This document shows, piece after piece, positions 1 to 11,831 of a stretch of DNA of 64,000 bases. Below the pieces are notes generated by a model. That model searched no databases. It was given only the letters and a program-made list of their open reading frames with translations, and was not told the origin of the DNA. The stretch's first letter is position 1, and each line of letters opens with the position of its first letter. A program made the position numbers and the translations under genes. Source of the stretch: Octopus vulgaris (taxonomy: Eukaryota); NCBI GenBank assembly GCA_951406725.2, contig OX597815.1, forward strand, positions 118,420,001-118,484,000, in the 5' to 3' direction.

Positions 1-1590
1 GATCTGCGGAGTTCATACGAAGATAACCTAGTTTCTAAACTTGTTTAGAAAGCGCTTTACATATGGAAAGCTATTAATGTTTTATTTCCATTTTCTGTAT
101 TCTTTAGAATAATTGCATTGCCAAATTGTGCTACTTGTCAACAATGAGAGGTACGTATATAAGTTGTTTTATATTTTTCAATTAGATTTTTTGCATACTG
201 GTGGGGGCATTGAAATGTTCTTCCTGTCGAGTCCAGTGGTGTTTTAGTGAGAGGATTGGTGGAAGCAAGATCGTGACCCGAAACTTCCTTTCTTGACTCA
301 TGTGACATGTGCATGTCATACCAATTAACACAACTCTACAATTTGTTTAATCCTGCAAAACAGGTTACATTTCGCACTTTTATTTATCTTAGAGTGTATT
401 CACCGAAAATACCAAATTTGACAATTTATGACTCACATAAACTTACAAGGTACCTCAATTTTGACTGTCCCTTTCTTGAGCCACTTTGGTATTCTTATTT
501 TCATAGGACGCAAGTTGATTTCTTGGAACATTTTCCTCGCAAGAGATGCTGCCAAATATGGTAGTTGCAACATCATTGCTTGTTATATCTAGAATTGCTT
601 TTAGGTTTTATTCTAACGCAAATTCGTATCAGCTTGCAATGCTCGCTCGCCATCACGAACTTACAAGGCATCTCAGCTTCGGCTGTTCCTTTCTTGAGGA
701 ACTTCTCGGGAACCCAAATCGTAGCTTTGCATTTATGAGACGCACAAGGCCAGCAATTTCGGGAGATCGGGTAAATCGATTATATTGACTCTAGTGCTCA
801 ACTAGTTCCTATTTTATCAGCCCCAAAATGGATGAAAGGCAAAGTTGACCTCAGCGGAATTTAAACTCAGAGGGTAAATACAGACGAAATGTCGCTAAGC
901 ATTTTGCTCGGAACATTTTCCCTAGGAAAATATGTTCCTTGTAAGTCACTAATATTGTAGTTGCAACATCACTGCTTGCCTCAACTACTTTGGGTTTATT
1001 CAAACACAAGTTTTTATCAGCTTGCAATGCTTACTTGCCAGCTGTGGAGGTAATTAGTAACTTTTTCTGACAATGGAAAGCATTCTGATTTGTTGGATCT
1101 GCGCATCTCGTAAGACTGTATTCTACACGCCAGTCATTTTATGAAATTCCAGATAATTAACAACACTTTTGTTCAGGTTGGCGTGTTTTTAGGCGATAGT
1201 GAAATTTAAACTATGTGTCACCACATATTAAATGTATAGCTAGACCTATTTCTAGAATATACGTGTCTAAGGGTAGTTAACCACCAGAGAGAAAGAGAAA
1301 AGAATTTAAGTCACCACTCATGAGTGAGCAGCTTACATTGAGCTTATTTGGCAATATAGCATGATAACGTCTGTCATTGAAACAACAAATATTTCTAAAG
1401 AATCTGAAATAATAAGAGAGTGAGAGGGAGGGGGAGAGAAAGAGAAAGAGAAAAAGAACGAAGGATAAAAGATTTACGGATACATGGAGTGGAGTTCTCA
1501 TATAAAGAGCAATACATACATAATATATATATGTATGAGTGTGTGTGTATACACACAACTATATATATTCATATGCATACATATATATAT

Positions 1591-1870
1591 GTGGTTAGGG
1601 CAGCGGACTCGTGGTCGTAGGTTCGCGGTTTCGATTCCCAGACCGAGCGTTGTGAGAGTTTATTGAGCGAAAACACCTAAAACTTCCACGACGCTCCGGC
1701 AGGGGATGGTGATCCCTGCTGTACTCTTTCACCACTCTTTCTCCCACTCTTTCTTCTGTTGGCCTGCTCGCTTAGCTAGCGGGGTGGCGTCATTCAAAGG
1801 CTAAAACAATGCGAAGGCATTGTGACCAGCGATGTGTAACAACATCTGATGGTCTGGTCGGTCACGTGAT

Positions 1871-1877
<7 letters not shown>
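1591..1877 (+). mobile_element. tRNA-derived SINE (Arg-like head, 5'-clipped)
   Basis: GTGGTTAGGGCAGCGGACTCG...GGTTTCGATTCCC A/B-box-like head; first ~140 bp nearly identical to 24953-25096; flanked by (TA)n. Confidence 0.75.
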
Positions 1878-1915
<38 letters not shown>

Positions 1916-2853
1916 CATATATATATATAGACATATATATATGTATATATATACATACATACATACATCTTGCCTGGTTTTGCGAGCGAGCGGAGATTTA
2001 CGGCAATGAGCACAAAAAGAAGACGATACGAGAACTAGTTTCAACACGTAATGATATACAAAATGGCGACAAGTACTGTCAGGTTTTATTATTGGATCGA
2101 TCAAGTGCAGCGGTTGACAGAATAGTTTGAGTAATTATACACAAATAGAATTTATTCTTATGTAATCATTGTCGGAGCATACCAGCGAATGGTTTTTTTC
2201 ACTGTTTGTATACAGTCAAGGATTGGCGATTCAGTTCGCCTCTAATTCGGTTCAGATACGTGATGTTGATAAGCCACAAACTAGCGAAACATCGATGTCC
2301 ATCGCTCCTGAATAAGATTTTGGGATGAGTTGTCTCACCTTTCTATGACTTTAAGGTGTTCTAACAAGTGGAGCTTTGAGAGTCATCTCCACCGCAACAA
2401 ATGGCAGCCTACCGGCTAACCACATTCGCTGAGTATGTGTGTTCCATAATGTGTGTGTGTGTATGTGTGTATGTGTGTGTGTGTGTGTGTGTGTGTATTA
2501 ACGATGAGGCTAAATTCCTCACTAAATGTAGTAATATCGACGATAAATTAAACTGCTTAGCTAAAAGGGAAGCTTTTATTACTTTACCTAATTTTCGTAA
2601 TAACTATCCCACTTTTGTTTCTTTCTGTTTACATTTACGTTTTCCGATTTTTCAACATTCCACCATTATATCTACTTCTTTCTCGATTTTTCTCTCATCC
2701 TATTGTCCCATTTTTAGTTTGTTATGCTATATGAGCAGTGCCAGACGTATTAAGAAACACTATCTAGCACGCTCTCATCACATGAAACTAATAGTAGCAC
2801 ATAAAAACATATATTGAATAACATTTATCTCTCAACAGACGGAGTACGCTTCT

Positions 2854-2920
<67 letters not shown>

Positions 2921-2926
<6 letters not shown>

Positions 2927-3170
2927 TGTATCCGGTAATTACTGGGGGTAAAGATGGTCTGTTGAAACGCCTTATTGCTGTGATATAAGAAAGTAATTTC
3001 CAGGGGCCGTATTATCAATTTTTCGAACAATCTAAGTATGCCACGAGGTTTCCAGACATGAGCTCTACTCTCGTGTCAAGTTTCATCAAAATCGATCCAA
3101 CGATGTATGAGGAGTTAGTTAACAACGCCACAAACAAACACACACCGATTTTCTACATATGTAGTAGATA
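2921..3170 (+). mobile_element. possible non-autonomous Helitron/Lep1-like repeat
   Basis: CAAGTTTCATCAAAATCGATCCAACG...ACAAACAAACACAC...TAGTAGAT layout resembles such elements; recognition by eye only. Confidence 0.3.
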
Positions 3171-3212
3171 TCGCACCCATTGAAGTAATATGCGTAGATT
3201 TATCTTTTACTT

Positions 3213-3394
3213 ACTTGCTTCAGTCACTGGACTGAGGCCATGCTGGGGCATCATCTTGAATGGTTCAGTCGGTCAAATCGACCAAAAAATTATTTTTCAA
3301 AGTTACTTATCTTATCGGTGACTTTTGCCGAAACGCTCATGTTATGGGGACATAAACAACAAGCCTACACCATTTGTCAAGTGGTGTTGGGACA

Positions 3395-3436
<42 letters not shown>

Positions 3437-3630
3437 CGTGCGCGCACGCACACACACACATACACACATGCACGCACTCGCACACACATATTCATATATA
3501 CAACGTGCTTCCACACAGTTTCTGCTTTCCAAATTTACTCACAGGTTGGCCCGGGGCTATAGTAGAAAGCATTTGTTCCAGGTACCGCGTAGCGGGACTG
3601 AAACCAGAACATCTTACCGCTTAACCATGT
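3213..3630 (-). mobile_element. SINE family A, degenerate
   Basis: Reverse-strand similarity to 5810-6226, with internal (CA)n. Confidence 0.7.
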
Positions 3631-3899
3631 CTGGTAAAAAAAAGCAGGTTTTAGAATTAATAGAAATTCTTTCAGTTGAGATTGTTACCAATATCTTGAT
3701 AATGTATAGAAATAAATAACGTTATCTTATTTTTCTTTTGGTGGTGGTAGTGGTGGTGGTGGTGGTGGTAGTGGTGGTGGTTTTGGTGGTGGTGGTGGTG
3801 GTGGCGGCGGCGGCGTTTAGGGGACAGACTTCCAGACAAACCTATGTGGATATTCTTGCCAGCAGAATTCAACTCAGCATTCATCAGTTTCATAGTGGA

Positions 3900-4250
3900 A
3901 CCACTGCCTGCAACCCATCATCTGGTCAAAACCTTGCTGCAGTGTGATGGCTTGTTTGCTTCTATGACTCTGATAGCAATGTCAGAGTCGCAGAAGCTCA
4001 TGGTAGGGTCTATCATGCTGGACAAGTCAAAGGACGGAAGCTAGACTAATAATAACCACCTCCTCGCAGAAGTAAAAATATGTTTATACAGGGTCAAAAC
4101 CCCTATCTAGAAAGAAGCAAAGTTCCAGAAGCATCGATAACAATTCACAAGAAACAAAAAGTGGGAGAGGAAACAGAGAAGACAGTCCAAAACCGAGAAC
4201 AGTGAAGAAAAGTCATCAATGGTATCTGCACCAGGAGGAGCGAAGGACTT
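3900..4250 (+). mobile_element. decayed RTE-derived non-autonomous repeat
   Basis: TGGTAGGGTCTATCATGCTGGACAAGTCAAAGG resembles RTE 5'-UTR motifs; ends in AGGAGCGAAGGACTTA, which resembles an RTE 3' end. Confidence 0.35.
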
Positions 4251-5809
4251 ATGTATTATTTGCAACAGTTGCCGTTCCAGCCTAGCACGATTTTATCCTC
4301 AGATACCCAGGTTATGTCAAAGTTTAATGACAAAATACGAACTGCCATCTTCTCGGTTGATTGTTCTTGTAACCTTTGGTTGAAAGGTAAGTTTTTTGAG
4401 GTTTTTTTAAAGATGATTTCGAAGAGGAATCTTTACCGTGATGTAAAGCGCAGGAACTTTAATGATATCTATTGAAGTATATACTTGTTTTTATCACTTT
4501 AACCTTTAAAATCTAGAGATTTTTTATCTGCTCAAATTTTAATAACAAAAATGTTGACCTCTTTTTCCCGACCCACTTTAAAAACACCAATCACCAAACA
4601 CACACCACAAATGGCAGACACGGTTAAAACATGTTGCTCCAATGACATTTGACTTTTGAGGAAATTTGTTATTTTAGAGATCTCAAATGAGGAAAAAAAC
4701 ATCATTTTATCGGTCAATTGTCAAATTACGATTTACCCGATTATCTCTCTTACTTTCTCCTTTTCTCTCTCTCTTCCTCCCCCCTCTCTCTCTTTTCCTC
4801 CATGCAGTCCTTTTCTCTTATTCTGTATTCTTTTTCTTGCATCGCATCATATTCTCTTTTAGAAGCTGACAAATAATCAACAGCTCTTTAAAATGTATTC
4901 AACATATAATTTCGTATGTTTTAACCTTCTAAAAGCAGGGAACTTTTACATAAAAAGAGTTTCCGCCACTCAGTGTTACTACCATGCATATCATTATACA
5001 GTCTGCAGTTTGTGTTTTAGCAACGAGCTACAGCTGACATCAGAAAACTATGGCATGTCAGGGAATAGTTTTATTAAGAAATGAATGGTGAATGAACCGA
5101 AAGAATGCTAATAACTAATGACACAAAGAGCAATCAATGCATAGCTTTAGATATATAAAGAAGACTAGGAAATGTGAATTATTGCTGTGGCGAAGGGAGC
5201 AAGAAGGAAAATAAAAAATGAGAAAGACAGGAAATGAGTCGGGTTTCAGAATAGGACATAATGACTTTTGATTATTCATTGATAATATTTGAATAGTAGA
5301 GTATAGTAGTTAGGATTATTAATTACCATAGTACTGCGCTTAGAGCTAATCTACATTACATTACTTCATTATAGTAGTATTTCATCTTAGTAACTTAAAA
5401 TAACACTAATAGTAGTAATGATTCTTTCATTTACTGATCACAAAATCCATGCCTACAACAACGTTTTTACTTGAAACAGAATGTACGACAATGTTCAAAT
5501 ATATTTATATGAAAATGAGGAATAACATAAAAACGCCGTACAGTATATGTAAGGACATTAAAAGTTTCAAATGCATGGAATACACACACACACATACGAC
5601 GGGCTTCTTTCAGTTTCCGGCAACCAAATTCACTCACAAGACTTTGGTCAGCTCGAGTCTATAGTAGAAGACACTTGCATATATATATACGTGCATACAC
5701 GCATACAGACACGTGCATTCATGCATGCATACATCCATAATTGCATACATACATACATACATACATACATACATACATACATACATACATACATACATAC
5801 ATACATACA

Positions 5810-5975
5810 GGCGCAGGAGTGGCTGTGTGGTAAGTAGCTTGATTACCAACCACATGGTTCCGGGTTCATTGCCACTGCGTGGCACCTTGGGCAAGTGTCT
5901 TCTACTATAGTCTCGGGCCGTTTAAAGCCTTGTGAGTGGATTTGGTAGACGGAAACTGAAAGAAGCCCGTCGTGC

Positions 5976-6019
<44 letters not shown>

Positions 6020-6226
6020 GTGTATATGTTTGTGTGTGTGTTTGCCCCCCCACATCGCTTGACAACCGATGGTGGTGTATTTACGTCCCCATAACCTAGC
6101 GGTTCAGCCAAAGAGACCGATAGAATTAGTGCTAGGCTTACAAAGAATAAGTCCTGGGGGTCGATTTGCTCGACTAAAAAGCGGTGCTCCAGCATGGCCA
6201 CAGTCAAATGACTGAAACAAGTAAAT
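5810..6226 (+). mobile_element. SINE family A, full length (tRNA-like head GGCGCAGGAGTGGCTGTGTGGTAAG, internal microsatellite, GCTCCAGCATGGCC...GACTGAAAC tail)
   Basis: More than 10 related copies in the window (e.g. 3213-3630, 6530-14312 split, 28670-29045, 42871-43295, 43565-43720, 45230-45450, 57790-58010). Confidence 0.85.
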
Positions 6227-6744
6227 GAGTACATATATACGTACAAATATGTATATGTGTCTCTATAAATGATGCATCTCGAATGTCAGACTAGCTATAA
6301 ATAAAGGCTCATAATACACAAAGTTAAAAGCCCTTTGGACAGAGTAAAAAAATGTAGAGAACCACCTGCGAGACTCAAGTGACGAATTTATTCTAACCTA
6401 TGTATTTTGTTTGAATTCTATTTTTGCAATTGTCATTTGATTTTGTTTTGTTTTGTCTTTGTCCTATGTAATATAAGTATCCATATTTGCTTGCTTTGTC
6501 ACTATCTTTTAATCTATATTCATTTATTCTTTTATTTGTTTCAGTCATTTGACTACGGCCATGCTGGAGCGCCGCCTTTAGTCGAAGAAATCGACCCCAG
6601 GACTTATTCTTTGTAAGCCTAGTACTTATTCTATTAGAGTTTTTTGCCGAACCGCTAGGTTATGGGGACGCAAACACACCAACATCTTCTGTCAAGCGAT
6701 GGTGGGGGTCAAACACAGACACACAAACATATACATATACATAT

Positions 6745-6820
<76 letters not shown>

Positions 6821-6931
6821 TAAAAAAAAAACACCTTTTATCAATTCAATAATGAAAAATTAAATTATACCATTTAGAAAAATTACATATTATAGAAATA
6901 TTAAATATAAGATAAAACATATATCAATGAT

Positions 6932-6986
<55 letters not shown>

Positions 6987-7025
6987 AAAAAAGGTTTGAA
7001 AATGCAATTTAAACGATGTTTATTT

Positions 7026-7066
7026 ACTTAACCGGTTTCACTCTTTGGTAAAAGATTGTCAAAAGT
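7026..7066 (-). ncRNA. minimal type I hammerhead-like ribozyme (U3-A8 variant), left-arm copy
   Basis: Exact reverse complement of 11527-11567. Confidence 0.6.
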
Positions 7067-7096
7067 TACATTTAAGGAAACATTGAATAATATGGG

Positions 7097-7308
7097 TTCA
7101 AAAAAGTTTTTTACATAATTGTCACATTGAATATTATGCATTCAAAAAAGTTTTTTACATAATTGTCACATTGGATATTATGGGTTCAAAAAAGTTTTTT
7201 ACATAATTGTCACATTGAATATTATGCATTCAAAAAAGTTTTTTACATAATTGTCACATTGGATATTATGAATTCAAAAATGTTTTTTTATACATAATTG
7301 TCACATTA
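7097..7308. repeat. 44-bp minisatellite x5 with alternating variants (mirrored at ~11284-11497)
   Basis: TTCAAAAA starts at 7097, 7141, 7185, 7229, 7273; unit ends alternate GAATATTATGCA / GGATATTATG(GG/AA). Confidence 0.9.
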
Positions 7309-8652
7309 TTTGGGAAAATTTGGCAGAAAAGGATAAAACAAATATATTGTTGGGAATTGGTTGCGTTAATTATTGGTTGTCGCAAATTGTCACATTACAT
7401 GTATATATATACAATCTTTGGTATATATATACAGCGTTTTGACAGCAAAAATTAAAATGGATTTTTTGTCCATCTCAGAATATTTTAAGTATGTTTTTAC
7501 TGACCTGTTAGTATTAGCAGAAAGGCTGAACTGAGAGAACAGAAGTAGCCAATGTGGTGTATACTTCCCTTTATGCATGAATGATTTTGGGGTTATCAGG
7601 AGGTTAGTATGCGGGTGTGAATAGATGTGTCCGTGCCTGCTGGTCAGACAGCGTCTGTTTGTCACACACATATATATACACACAAACACACACACACACA
7701 ACAACACACACACACACACACAGAACACACACACCCACACACAACGCACCCACATATATCACATATACACACAGCACACAAATATAACATGTATCTATAT
7801 ATAATATACACAGATATATAACACACATACACACACACACACACAACACACGCACACATACATACATAATATAAATATCACACAAATACACCTAGCATAT
7901 ATATATACACACATACAATACACACATACAGCATGTAAGTAATATACATACAGAATATATGCATGCAATATACATACGCAATACATACATACAATATATA
8001 TATATATAGACAATGCATATACATATATACACATATACATATAAATAGTGTTTACATACACATACATAGATGTACCACATATACACACAACACACATACA
8101 TACAATGCATACACATACACGTACGCATACATATAATATATATATACACACACACACACATAACATACATACACACACAATGCATACATATATATACACG
8201 CAATGCATATACATGTATTCATGCACATATAGCACACCTACAATATACATATATACAGTGCACACATACACACAAATATATACACTTAATTGTACACGTA
8301 CATATACAATACACATACATACAAAATACATATATACAATGCGCATGCAAATAATGTACATGTTTATACACACATAAACATGCAAATAAATATACACACA
8401 CACACATACACACACACACATATATATACACATATATATATATATATACACACATACATACATACATACATGCACATACATATATTTTTTCACACACATA
8501 CACACACACATATATATATAAAAAATTCACCACCCCCCACACACACAAATTACAAACCTATAGCGTACACACTCAAATATATCTCTACATGCCGCACATA
8601 CACACAAACAAAGTACTAACATATACACACATACCATGCATATACACACACA

Positions 8653-8687
<35 letters not shown>

Positions 8688-9053
8688 AAAGATACATATG
8701 TAAATACATACACACGTATACAATGCTCACACACACACACACACACACATACACACACACACACACACACAGTGCACACACACACACACATATATACACA
8801 CGTGCACACACACAAACACATACAACGCGCGCACACACACATATACACACACACACACAGTGCACACACACACACACACATATATCACCTACATATATAT
8901 AATGCATGCGTGTGCATGCCACGTATGTGTGCGGTCAATGCCCGCTAGTGTGTCCTATGCGTGCCGATGCGCGCATGTGCCCGCCCGCACGATATGCTGT
9001 GAGCGTGCGCGCGTCCCTGTGTGCTTGCTCTGGATGTGCTTCCAGGGGGTATG

Positions 9054-9263
9054 TTAGAGTATGTTTAGTTGTGGTCTGTATTTTTGAATAAGATTACTTT
9101 CCTTATTTATTCGTGTTTGGTCTGTGGTGTTGTCCGAGCATTGGTATAGTGGGAAGACTAAGAATTTGGGGGACTTATTGTGTGCACAAAGGTCTAAGTG
9201 TCCACTTAGTGGTATCTGTCTTGTGGAGGGGTCCCTCAGTTGTTGTCGGTGAACTGTCATTCT
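9054..9263 (-). pseudogene. C-terminal fragment of a PLE GIY-YIG endonuclease (left arm plus spacer)
   Basis: RMTVHRQQLRDPSTRQIPLSGHLDLCAH...FLVFPLY...RINKESNLIQKYRPQLN fits the R-x3-H...H...R-x2-KE-x3-I...P-x-LN pattern of PLE endonucleases. Confidence 0.75.
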
Positions 9264-9464
9264 GTTCACCGACAACAACTGAGGGACCCCTCCACAACAC
9301 AGATACCACTAAGTGGACACTTAGACCTTTGTGCACACAATAAGTCCCCCAAATTCTTAGTCTTCCCACTATACCAATGCTCGGACAACACCACAGACCA
9401 AACACGAATAAATAAGGAAAGCAATCTTATTCAAAAATACAGACCACAACTAAACATACTCTAA
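9264..9464 (+). pseudogene. C-terminal fragment of a PLE GIY-YIG endonuclease (right arm)
   Basis: VHRQQLRDP...KESNLIQKYRPQLNIL*; mirror of the left arm with one R/T change. Confidence 0.75.
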
Positions 9465-9699
9465 CATACCCCCTGGAAGCACATCCAGAGCAAGCACACA
9501 GGGACGCGCGCACGCTCACAGCATATCGTGCGGGCGGGCACATGCGCGCATCGGCACGCATAGGACACACTAGCGGGCATTGACCGCACACATACGTGGC
9601 ATGCACACGCATGCATTATATATATGTAGGTGATATATGTGTGTGTGTGTGTGTGCACTGTGTGCGTGTGTGTGTATATGTGTGTGTGCGCGCGTTGTA

Positions 9700-9756
<57 letters not shown>

Positions 9757-9900
9757 GTGCGCGCGTTGTATGTGTTTGTGTGTGTGCACGTGTGTATATA
9801 TGTGTGTGTGTGTGTGCACTGTGTGCGGGTGTGTGTGTATGTGTGTGTGTGTGTGTGTGAGCATTGTATACGTGTGTATGTATTTACATATGTATCTTTT

Positions 9901-9937
<37 letters not shown>

Positions 9938-11526
9938 TGTGTGTGTATATGCATGGTATGTGTGTATATGTTAGTACTTTGTTTGTGTGTATGTGCGGCA
10001 TGTAGAGATATATTTGAGTGTGTACGCTATAGGTTTGTAATTTGTGTGTGTGGGGGGTGGTGAATTTTTTATATATATATGTGTGTGTGTATGTGTGTGA
10101 AAAAATATATGTATGTGCATGTATGTATGTATGTATGTGTGTATATATATATATATATATGTGTATATATATGTGTGTGTGTGTATGTGTGTGTGTGTAT
10201 ATTTATTTGCATGTTTATGTGTGTATAAACATGTACATTATTTGCATGCGCATTGTATATATGTATTTTGTATGTATGTGTATTGTATATGTACGTGTAC
10301 AATTAAGTGTATATATTTGTGTGTATGTGTGCACTGTATATATGTATATTGTAGGTGTGCTATATGTGCATGAATACATGTATATGCATTGCGTGTATAT
10401 ATATGTATGCATTGTGTGTGTATGTATGTTATGTGTGTGTGTGTGTATATATATATTATATGTATGCGTACGTGTATGTGTATGCATTGTATGTATGTGT
10501 GTTGTGTGTATATGTGGTACATCTATGTATGTGTATGTAAACACTATTTATATGTATATGTGTATATATGTATATGCATTGTCTATATATATATATATTG
10601 TATGTATGTATTGCGTATGTATATTGCATGCATATATTCTGTATGTATATTACTTACATGCTGTATGTGTGTATTGTATGTGTGTATATATATATGCTAG
10701 GTGTATTTGTGTGATATTTATATTATGTATGTATGTGTGCGTGTGTTGTGTGTGTGTGTGTGTATGTGTGTTATATATCTGTGTATATTATATATAGATA
10801 CATGTTATATTTGTGTGCTGTGTATATATGTGATATATGTGGGTGCGTTGTGTGTGGGTGTGTGTGTTCTGTGTGTGTGTGTGTGTTGTTGTGTGTGTGT
10901 GTGTTTGTGTGTATATATATGTGTGTGACAAACAGACGCTGTCTGACCAGCAGGCACGGACACATCTATTCACACCCGCATACTAACCTCCTGATAACCC
11001 CAAAATCATTCATGCATAAAGGGGAAGTATACACCACATTGGCTACTTCTGTTCTCTCAGTTCAGCCTTTCTGCTAATACTAACAGGTCAGTAAAAACAT
11101 ACTTAAAATATTCTGAGATGGACAAAAAATCCATTTTAATTTTTGCTGTCAAAACGCTGTATATATATACCAAAGATTGTATATATATACATGTAATGTG
11201 ACAATTTGCGACAACCAATAATTAACGCAACCAATTCCCAATAATATATTTGTTTTATCCTTTTCTGCCAAATTTTCCCAAATAATGTGACAATTATGTA
11301 TAAAAAAACATTTTTGAATTCATAATATCCAATGTGACAATTATGTAAAAAACTTTTTTGAATGCATAATATTCAATGTGACAATTATGTAAAAAACTTT
11401 TTTTGAACCCATAATATCCAATGTGACAATTATGTAAAAAACTTTTTTGAATGCATAATATTCAATGTGACAATTATGTAAAAAACTTTTTTTGAACCCA
11501 TATTATTCAATGTTTCCTTAAATGTA

Positions 11527-11567
11527 ACTTTTGACAATCTTTTACCAAAGAGTGAAACCGGTTAAGT
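11527..11567 (+). ncRNA. minimal type I hammerhead-like ribozyme (U3-A8 variant)
   Basis: ACTT-TTGACAA-[TCTTTT ACCA AAGAGT]-GAAA-CCG-GTT-AAGT: 4-bp stem I, stem II, palindromic stem III AACCGGTT, predicted GUU site at 11563. Confidence 0.6.
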
Positions 11568-11644
11568 AAATAAACATCGTTTAAATTGCATTTTCAAACC
11601 TTTTTTCTTATATAATCCCACTCGTGCGATACCCCACAACTCAA

Positions 11645-11691
<47 letters not shown>

Positions 11692-11831
11692 GACGGGCTT
11701 CTTTCAGTTTCCGTCTACCAAATCCACTCACAAGGCTTTGGTCGGCCCGAGGCTATAGTAGAAGACACTTGCTCAAGGTGCTACGCAGTGGGACTGAACC
11801 CAGAACCGTGTTGTTGGTACTCAAGCTTCTT

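Larger units (their letters stand above)
6979..11614. repeat. ~4.6-kb palindrome: arms 6979-9254 and 9264-11614, 9-nt spacer
   Basis: Centre GTTGTCGGTGAAC-tgtcattct-GTTCACCGACAAC; mirrored ORFs in the track; few substitutions and microsatellite-length differences between arms. Confidence 0.97.
6979..11650 (+). mobile_element. Penelope-like retroelement, 5'-truncated, with a fully inverted copy and a 36-nt 3' tail (11615-11650), inserted in (TA)n
   Basis: GIY-YIG C-terminal peptide at the centre, hammerhead near each outer end, unpaired tail on one arm only, (TA)n on both flanks. Confidence 0.8.

Noticed and set aside
7097-7308. CRISPR-like array (also 49649-50055 and 58471-58570)
   Set aside because: Contiguous tandem units without unique spacers, eukaryotic context, no cas genes
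7390-11077. Many 60-250 aa ORFs rich in C/V/Y/M or H/T/I
   Set aside because: Translations of (CA)/(TA) microsatellite, which lacks stops in some frames; the same applies to similar ORFs across the window
6979-11614. Palindrome as a pure sequencing fold-back artefact
   Set aside because: Arms differ by substitutions and a block duplication, one arm has a unique tail, and the host SINE resumes in register on both sides; read-level confirmation is still advisable
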